DNA of 33,209 nt. Origin: Blastocystis sp. subtype 4 (taxonomy: Eukaryota). Both the position numbers and the translations under genes were made by a program. Where the stretch lies: positions 62,001-95,209 of the forward strand of contig NW_014569540.1 in the NCBI RefSeq assembly GCF_000743755.1, written 5' to 3'. Below are positions 23,144 through 33,209 of this stretch, in pieces. The notes beneath the pieces were generated by a model, which saw nothing but the letters and a program-made list of their open reading frames with translations, was not told where the DNA came from and ran no database searches. Within the stretch, counting starts at the first letter, position 1. Every line of letters begins with the position of its first letter.

Positions 23144-26100
23144 ATGAAAAAAACAATCTTTCTCTTTCTAATTCTTGGGTGTATGGCGGCTGATGACATT
23201 ACTCTAGGTTGATATTCATATGGAATATATCACTCATAGGATTGTTTGTATCGAAGGCAGCAAAGCATTCATCCAATTCCTACTGTAAAGAGGGTTTCTA
23301 CTATGAGATTGCTGCTCAGGTTGAAGGCATTATTTAGAATATCATTCATAGGTTGCAACAGAAAGTGTGAACTCAGATCCCGAATTGTTAGGAGACCGAA
23401 AGCTTGTGTTAGATGTCCGTGATATCAAGAAGGATCGGTACATGAAACAAGTTCTACTGATTCGTAGTTATGAGACTCTGAAGGCAACGAATGAGATTAT
23501 TATGGATCACCTAGAGTCCAATGCTACGTCTCCGCTAGCTGCATTGATAGGAACGTCAGATGAGTAGGGATGTTGGAAGTGATTGAAGCTAGTTATCTGA
23601 ATGAATTGGTTCAACTGTCTGCACTTCAGTACTCGATACCCCAGATCTCATTTAAATCTCATTCCACTGATTTGAGTCAAGTTACTGAATATCCCTATTT
23701 TTGCCGTCTTTCTGCTTCTCAAGATCTTGTTGCCACTTCTCTGTTGAACATCATTCAATATTACAGGTAGTTGAGGATATCCTATCTCACATCCAGATGG
23801 CAGCGATTCAACGTAATTGCTGCTGACGACAGTGACGGTTCCAATGCAGTAGAAGAGTTACGAAAGGCAATAGAGCGAATGCCTCAAGAATTCAGAGAGT
23901 ACATAACTGTTATTGAATCATTTCTCTCTGATTCATAGTTTGGCGCTACCTTGCGATATCCCTCTCACATGGTTCTTCCTCTCTCAGAGAGTGATAGTGA
24001 GCAACTCGATAGTATTCTTGAAAGTATTGAGAAGACTGGAAATCGAATTAATATATTGTCATTCCCGTGATTCTAAATGATAAATAGATTTGCTGATCCT
24101 TTACAAGCTTCAGCCTTCTTGTATTCTGCCAGTCAACACGGTATGACAGGTCTGGGTTGGGTGTATCTGGGAACTGACTGGAATACAATTTTGACATACG
24201 CAGGACTGCCTATAGAGTATCGAGATACAGTGCAAAAGGCGATGGATGGAATGGTTGGAATTAGTCCATTTCTCGAGAAGAATGCAGGACTTCTGGATAA
24301 GATAACCGTGAAATATTGTTGATTGGATGATTGTTAGGCGTATGTGGATCGTCATCCTGAGATACAGGAGAGTGCTGAGGCTTTGTGTGGTGAACGTATT
24401 GTATTCAAGCGAGAACTGTTCCCTGAATACATCATTGTGGTGTATGATTCAATTATCACTGCAGCTAAAGGAATTCAGAGTGTTCTGGAAGTAATGCCGA
24501 ATGCAACATTTGCGTAGGAGTGATGAATGAAAATAATTGAAAGTGAAGCAGAAGAGCGACAGTTATTATACTCGAAAATCCTTAAAGTCAAGTTTGAAGG
24601 TGAATCTGGTTATGTGGAGTTTGATCCTAATGTTGGTGATCGTCTTCCTATCAAGATGGAAGTAGTGAATATTTATGTGAGGAATGAAGACTTGATTCAT
24701 AATTAGCATGGTCAGATTGTAGATATTGGTGATATGGACTTCAAGAAGGCGAATAATTACAGTTTCATTGTTGATAGTATTCCGCATTGGCCAGGTGGAG
24801 GTACTGCTGTTCCAACAGATCGTTACGATGAAGCTGAAGAGTATCTCGCGTTATATATGGTACTAACATTACTATGGATGGCTATTGCTTTCATTTTTGG
24901 TGCTTTCTTAGAACGATGGAAAATCCATCGTCTTCCCGAGAGTGGAGCCGTTGTTGTTTTTGGTATTATTGCTGGTCTTCTGATTCGGGTTGTAGGATCT
25001 CGAATGTCGTCTGTATCCATTGAATTTGTAATTTCATATGTAGACTGCAGTATTTGATCCCAAATCTTTCACTCTAATGCTTCTTCCTATCATTATCTTT
25101 GAGAGTGGATATAATATGCAAACAAAAGGAGTATTCTTCAAGAATATTGGAACTATTCTTATTTATGCTATTTTTGGGACTCTTTTTAGTGTCCTTCTTA
25201 CAAGTATATAACAAAAATATGAGTTATTTTTAGCATTGGCATTAGCAGTTATGTTTCATTTTCACTTTTTCCCAGGTATCGATTTTTCAGTGATTGAATG
25301 TTCCATCTTTTCAATGCTTATATCGGCTACAGATCCTGTATGTACTCTTGCTCTCTTTGGTACATTATCTGTTGAACCGATGTTATCAATGCTTGTGTAT
25401 GAATACTGAAATGAAATGAGGTTTAGATATGGAGAGTCTGTGATTAATGATGCTGTATCAATCGTTGGATTCAATACCATGTCGAAGTTCTTATTGATCC
25501 CTCTATCGTTCAAAGCAGTAATGGAAGCGATTGGTACTTTCATAATTCTGTTTATTGGTTCTGCTGTACGTCCAATGTATGATCATCAAATCTAGATACT
25601 TGGAACAGTAACAGCTTTGCTCTGTTGTCTTATTCTCAAATGGGTTCATTTTACTTCAGCTGTGATTGAAACAATTCTTGTCTTCCTTACTGCCTATATC
25701 GCATTTGAACTTACGGAATCTCTCGAGTTATCAGGAATCACAGCAACTTTGGCATGTGGTATTACAATGAACTATTTTGGCCTTCGGAACTTATCAAAGT
25801 CATCTCAAGATTTCTCTCAACGAGCTGTCCAAGTTGCTTCATCATTAGCAGATACTCTAATCTTCTTCCAAATTGGTGAAAATGTGTTTTTAACAGAAGA
25901 TTTAAAAGATGTCCCTTGGAAACTTGTATTTAGTGTTTATCTGATTGGTGTAGTGGTTCGTTGTATTACGATCTTTGGGTTTACATATTGTATCAACCTG
26001 AAACGTACAAAATCCAAGATCTCTTTGAACAGTCAAATCATGATGGTTCATGCGGGTTTACGAGGAGCAATGGCATATTCTCTTGCTGTTATGTTCCCAT

Positions 26101-26749
26101 CCCACAATCAGAGTATTGTTACACGGTATGTATTTGAATCGTCCTTTCATTTCAGAGTCACCATATGGATTGTAATTTTAACAATCTTCATACAGGGTTG
26201 TACAACCTATGATCTGCTTCATTTCCTTCATATTCCTCTTAACTGTAATTATTCTTCGAATAATCAGTCTACTAAGAAACGATCGATTATGGCAACAGAT
26301 GGATCTAGAGCCGCCTGGATCCTGGGGTAAATTTGAGTATAGAGAATAATGAATAGTTTCTTTGATCGATATGTGATTCCATTCTTCACGAAGGATCAGA
26401 AACAGATTGAAGAACCATTGCTGAGGTAAGTCTGGTTAAAGGCATTTGATTCTTAGTCCTGGTGACATGGAAGTTGTTATGAGGGATTCATTTATGACTC
26501 CTCGTGAGTCTTATATGTCTGTTTCTTCTTCTGGACGACACCTTACTCCGTCTGTTACATGTGTGGTGAAAGGAAAGGATGGAAAGGCAACAGTACATAA
26601 TGTTGCTAATGTGGAAGCAGATGTCGACTTCGATGATAAGGATATGTTTGTCATCTCGGATAATGATGTGGAAGAGAGTATTCGTGGATCGAATATGGAA
26701 GTCACTCGGCAATCTTTATCTTCTAATTTGTCAATGAGGCAGTTGCATT
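23144..26749 (+). CDS. Signal peptide + Venus-flytrap (ANF_receptor / class C GPCR-type) domain + CPA1 Na+/H+ exchanger fusion
   Basis: One continuous frame over about 17 short introns. VFT motifs: IPQISF, LSQVTEYPYFCRL, YYRWQRFNVIAADDSDG, GMTGLGWVYLG, VYDS, FEGESGYVEFD..GDR, WPGG...PTD. NHE motifs: LPES, FDP..F.LMLLPIIIFESGY, FFKNIGTILIYAIFGT, ISATDPV, GESVINDAVSIV, GLRGAMA, IQGCTT. Genomic stop 26767-26769; poly(A)-made stop predicted at T26749. Confidence 0.85.
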
Positions 26750-26897
26750 CGCTTGTTTATTCAACATAGTTTTTGGAAATGGTTCATTCCTTTGACTCAA
26801 TCTCTTATCACTCTTGTTCTAAAGGTTCCAAACATGGTTAGGTCCATTCAAGTTTCAATTATTACACTTGTTGCAAGAGTATATTCCTTTTTGGGAA

Positions 26898-28332
<1,435 letters not shown>

Positions 28333-28358
28333 GTCTTGTTTGTAGAAAACACGTTAAA

Positions 28359-29756
28359 CTAAATAATACTTTGGATAAAGATATCTTCATGATAGTCAAT
28401 CCGAGGATCAAGCGATAGCAGTTCTTGAAACTTATTAAAATCAATGACAGCTTCCTTCTTCTCGTTAATCGATACACAGGGTCGGAAGGTCATATTGAAC
28501 TCAATGTCTTCAGCAGTATAACTGTACCGTGCTTGCAAAGAGTTACTTGTAACTGACTCTGTTCCTTCAATCATAACACAGATCTCAAGATCATCTCCAA
28601 TAAGATGATTCCGTAAAGCAGATTCTGTGATAACTGGTTTCATTGAGGCTGCTGTTGAGTTAAATTGGGATGAGCTTGGACGAAGTTCATCTCTATGATT
28701 CATATGATGCAATGACTAGTACAAATCAGATTGTTTCGATCCACGAATCTCCGTGGAATTCTGACCTTCACTCGAAATGTCGGGAAGAGGCGTCTCTTTG
28801 CGGAGTTGCATTTCTGATTGAATGAGTGGATAAAGCGGCGAATCGGCATCAATGTGATGAATCTACAATAAACTAGAAGAGGAATGATCACAATTACAGC
28901 AGGCAGAAATAGTAACAGAAAACCTCCTAACTTATCGTCTGGATGCTAGAAATCATATGTATTTGACTGTAGTACATCAAGAGACATATAGGTAATCTGA
29001 TAGGGAATACCAGCTGATGCATTCACAGTTTTCTGGACACAATAACATGTAACGTGACTCTCAATGAGTTGATGCTTACGTCGTTCACAAACTTGAAACA
29101 TAAAATACCATTCACCATTGACTTCACGAATAACAGCTTTCTTACTAAAGATGATTGAACGTGCACGAGTCTGAGAATGAAAATAAGGATCGATTCTTAC
29201 AAGAGCTCGACTCAAGCGAGCATAAACAACACCGATACAAAAGGAATTCATTAGAATGGATTGCATCATTTCTCCGTATAACAGAATGAAGGCCACGGGT
29301 TGATCATCTATTCATAAGAAACATACCATAGCACAACTGAAAGAAATGTCAGTAACAGTGTATCCCACAGTTGTAATTGTCTCCAAACTGATAATTGCGG
29401 CGTTCAAAAAGCAATGAATATCCACAAAACCTTTGTCTCGGAAGATGTAGAACAAAAGAGCCCAGAAAAGAATTGAGACCATGTACTACAACATATACCA
29501 AGATAACTAACCATACAGCAAAAAGAATAGATAGAATAACCGTCCTTGTAGATAAGGAGGCAAAGGAATGAAACCAATCATCTTTATAAGCATCTGACTT
29601 TAAATAACCTGTTTTCGAGATATTAAATGTTCCTAACAATAATAAACGCACCACCAGCAAGAGACCATTTGATCGTTCATCTGTTCCCTTTCTGTCGATG
29701 AATCGCGCACTCTTTCTTTTACTTGGCTGTAGAAGGGGTTCACGAGAAGGTATCAT
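28359..29756 (-). CDS. Inward-rectifier (Kir)-type potassium channel homolog
   Basis: DWFHS slide helix, TM1, pore SLETITTVGYT, TM2 QSILMNSFCIGVVYARLSR, IIFSKKAV, FMFQV.ERRKHQLIE, HHIDADSPLY, EICVMIEGTES.T...QARYSY, IDFNKF. Confidence 0.88.
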
Positions 29757-29810
29757 CAATAGTGAATATCCGCATCAAACAACAAAAATCGGCTCTATTT
29801 TTGGCACTTG

Positions 29811-29818
29811 AACAAACA
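29811..29818 (-). terminator. TGTTTGTT downstream poly(A)-site motif
   Basis: 13 nt downstream of the eIF6 TAG. Confidence 0.75.
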
Positions 29819-29831
29819 ATGATTAAAAAGA

Positions 29832-30689
29832 CTAGTACATATCCTCGAACAAGTAGTTCTTCATCGAGTCCATCACATTGGTCTGACCTCCACCCAACTT
29901 GAAGATCTCTTCCACCACCGTAATCTCCGTTGAAGTGGTGTCCAAACCACAGAATGCAGTCCAGTCATTTGCCACCAGACCCGCTCCAATAACATCCGAA
30001 CCACGATTCACAGTTCCAGCTACAAGAGGGACCTGAAGAAGAGACGAAAGCTCTTCCTTCTCAGCCATCGAGGTGTTGGGGTGAACCAACCCTCCTTGAT
30101 TAGTGAACACACAATAGCTTCCCACAAGTGCGTTTCCAGCAATAGATTGTCTAAATACTTCCACGCCTAGAACATCCGAAACGATTTCTTCTGTTTCCTA
30201 GAATCACAGAGATGGAAAGAAGAGTACACGATCCAGATCGGTGTGGAGAAGGGCCACATGATCATTGCAAGCAATAAGATTACCCAGAGACGATAGTCGT
30301 TCGTCAATACGCTGAACAACCACCTCGTCTGGAAGAGAGTTTCGGATGTGTTGAAGCTCAACATCTAGGAATTAAAAAAAACACTAAATGGCCACCAGTT
30401 GTAGAAATGGGAAGAAGAAGACCATTCTTATTTCCTATTCCATCAAACATCATAAAAAGACCTACCAACAGTCACCCGACCCACAAAACGACAACCAGCA
30501 ATTGATGTGTGAACTACGGGAATATGGTCCGCAAGTTCCGTTTCAAATGCTCCATAGAAGTTTTCCGACCCTCCTCTACACACCAAACAATACTTGTTGG
30601 TGAGTTTGGAAAACACACCAATATCGTTACTTCCTTCGAACTGAACACCTGCAAATGATTTTCACATCAATTTGTATACGAATAGCCAT
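29832..30689 (-). CDS. EIF6: Eukaryotic translation initiation factor 6
   Basis: [69 protein letters not shown]. Confidence 0.97.
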
Positions 30690-30747
30690 CTAATCAACCT
30701 ATTAAGCAATGAATGAAGGGGTTGGGTTAATTGCGCCGAATCTGGAT

Positions 30748-32887
30748 ATGCCTATTGTTGTCCCAATTCTCTCAGCGAAGAGATTGTAAGTGAAAGTTAG
30801 TGTACCGTGGCTTTCTACCACCATTAGATGGATCTTGTCATCTTCACCTATCATCATGTCCAGTTTCCTTCAAAATGGATGCAGGACAGACGCTGAAGTA
30901 TGAGATAAGAAATAGAGTGACTTTTGATTCGTAGTATCTTCATCTAGTCATTCAAGATGATTTCTTTCTCGAATTAGGACGTCGAAAGAAGGAGATCTAT
31001 GGTGTTGACAGCAAGCACATTGTTGTGGATCGATCTTCTCTCAATACTAGTCTATTAGCGGAGTGATTACTCCCATGCAACGGAGTCCAACTCTCTCACT
31101 GACATCCAAATCGTTTTCTTCTTCTATCCAATCAACAATTGGTCGATTTGAGACTGAAATGAAAGGATTTCTGACAATCTATAATACTCGAAATGTATCA
31201 TTATTTATGTGAAATGTTGATTAGGAATATGAGAACTGTGTGAGTACGATGGAGGAAGAAGTGAATGAGGTCTGGCATCATTTACAAGATCCTCCTATAT
31301 TCTTCTTGCATGTGTATGCAGAGTTGAAAACGAATCAGTTCGATTACAAAGCTCATTTTCCGTGTTTCTCTCCTTCCCATCGTCTCACTTTCACATGTAA
31401 CAGTATCCTCAACGACATTTCGAATCAACTTATTTACGATGACTATGGACAACAGATGTATCCCACAACACTTCTTGAAAATATTATTACCTATCACTAT
31501 TATTCAGCATTCGAGCGACTAAAAGCTGATAAGGATATTTCTCTTCCATTTACTTATCCATTTCGACTATTTATCCGACAGAAGAAACAGTTGACGATGC
31601 GTTGTCTGGTGATTTCAATGATATTCACACAATGTGTGGATTCTCCTGCTTCTATGAGTAAAGTGTTGATGAGGATGTCGAATTAGATGAAAATGGAATT
31701 GACTCTGGATGTGCACGCGGTCATCGTGTAGTAGAGATCGAAACAGAGGATCGAATCGTCCAAAAGGAAGCCATGCAATTCAATATCCAGTTGATGAAGT
31801 GGAGACTCTTTCCTACACTCAATGTACTTCGATTTTTCTCTATATGATGTAGGACCCTTTGCTTGCTACGATGAAGGTTCTACTGATTGGAGCAGGTACT
31901 CTTGGATGTGCTGTTGGTAGAAATCTGATTGGATGGGGTATTCATCATATCACCTTTATAGACAATGGAATCGTTTCTCCATCCAACCCTACCCGACAAT
32001 GTCTTTACACTTGGAAAGATGTCCAAAGACATGGAAGCCAAGCTAAGGCACAGATTGCAGCAGAAGCCCTCCAAGCAATTAATCCAGCATGTTGTAGCCA
32101 AGGTTTACAAATGACAGTTCCAATGCCTGGTCACGCGACAACCGAGGCTACAGCCAGTAGACAACTACAGGAACAGATTCTCCAGGTCTGTGATGTGATT
32201 GACGCTCACGATGTCATCTTCTTAATGACAGATTCCAGAGAAAGTCGCTGGCTTCCCTCAATTCTTTGCTGCTTGGCCCATAAACTCTGTATCAATATAG
32301 CTCTTGGAGGCGACTCCTTATTAATTCAACAGTATGGATTAACACCTGAGGAATTCCAACGTCATGGATTCACGGATCCTCAATTATCCTTGCACTCCTT
32401 GCTTGATCCCCAAGCTGCCAAAGATGTCACCATAAATAATAGTACTTCAAATGCCTGTTACTTCTGTACCGACGTATTAGGACCATCCAACTCACTAACT
32501 GATCGATCCCTTGATCAGATGTGTACCACAACAAGAGTGGGCCTTTCCTATATTGCCTCAGGGCTTGCAGTTGAACTACTGATCAACTATATCCATCTGG
32601 ACAAAGAAAAGGGATTAGGTCCAGCTCCAAGTCAAGTTAGAAATACTTGTTGTATGCTCCTGTAGATTCGCTTTAACCTATCCCAGCTGCAATTCACTCC
32701 ATACAGAGGTGAACCGTTTTCAAAATGCTCATGTTGCGGAGAATCAATTCAGAAGTGTTGCAGAGATCGTGGAGTCGACTTTTTGGTGAAGTGTATTCAA
32801 GACCCTGATACTATTCAAAAGGTATCAGGTCTATCTTCAATCACAAAGACTGTAGATACCGAAAGCATAATGGAATTAAGTGATTGA
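30748..32887 (+). CDS. ATG7: Atg7 E1-like activating enzyme (start approximate)
   Basis: N-terminal FFLELGRRKKEIY, NIQLMKWRLFP, KVLLIGAGTLGC, SNPTRQ, VPMPGH, MTDSRESRWLP, CYFC, DRSLDQMCT (catalytic Cys), FSKCSCC; TGA 32885-32887. Confidence 0.9.
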
Positions 32888-33027
32888 TTCTTTGTTTCTT
32901 TTTCAGAAAGAATCGCGGATTTTAATTTGATGGGGTAATGGGTCTTCTCTGTTTTAGTTTCCTATATAGTATTCCGATATGTCCAGGGTATATTTCATGA
33001 TACCAAATAATCCTGTTCGAGCCAAGA

Positions 33028-33209
33028 ATGCCTGTGTAAGTTGTTGTTGCATGAATGTCCTTTGGAATGGGTTGAAGTTAGAACCAATTTCGTGAGTAAT
33101 TATACTAACCGTGTAATAGTCCCCAGTCTGTTATTCTGAAGCAGCGTCGTGATGCTGAGTTGAAGGCTGCCGCTGAGAAGCTTGCCGCTGATATTGTGGC
33201 TGCTGATAA
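33028..33209 (+). CDS. 3'-truncated gene, possibly ribosomal protein uL30 (RPL7) N-terminus
   Basis: PQSVILKQRRDAELKAAAEKLAAD resembles the P-E-S-x-L-K-K start of RPL7; the preceding intron contains TACTAAC. Too short to be sure, and the start is uncertain. Confidence 0.4.

Noticed and set aside
25013..25043. Intron starting GTATCCAT as a second U12 intron
   Set aside because: Mismatch to GTATCCTT, no clear U12 branch sequence, and ordinary 31-nt length.

Overview
Very compact, AT-rich eukaryotic genomic DNA with about 22 protein genes on both strands. Genes are split by many ~28-35 nt GT-AG introns, so the ORF track shows only fragments. A TGTTTGTT-like motif lies 4 nt past the inferred 3' end of most genes, and in six genes the stop codon appears to be completed only by the poly(A) tail. 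This architecture points to the stramenopile gut protist Blastocystis (inference). Genes assembled by hand-splicing: Gemin2-like, XPNPEP3/Icp55-like, MORN+LRR protein, HAD hydrolase, TPR+TMEM33/Pom33-like, YchF, CNBP-like, divergent Rab-like GTPase, PDCD2L/Tsr4, ValRS, CYTH thiamine triphosphatase-like, PHP phosphoesterase, CCT4, PRIM1, RER1, QTRT1, a Kir-type channel, eIF6, ATG7, a partial ribosomal-protein-like gene and two small hypotheticals. The standout is a single gene (23144-26749) fusing a signal peptide and an extracellular class-C-GPCR-type Venus-flytrap ligand-binding domain in frame to a complete CPA1 Na+/H+ exchanger, a candidate ligand-regulated ion exchanger. Other notable items: a U12-type intron with a non-canonical 3' end in YchF, an Icp55 homolog missing two catalytic histidines, a Kir filter reading TVGYT, and a tRNA-like intergenic element. 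All family calls come from motif recognition by eye; no searches were run, and some exon boundaries are approximate.
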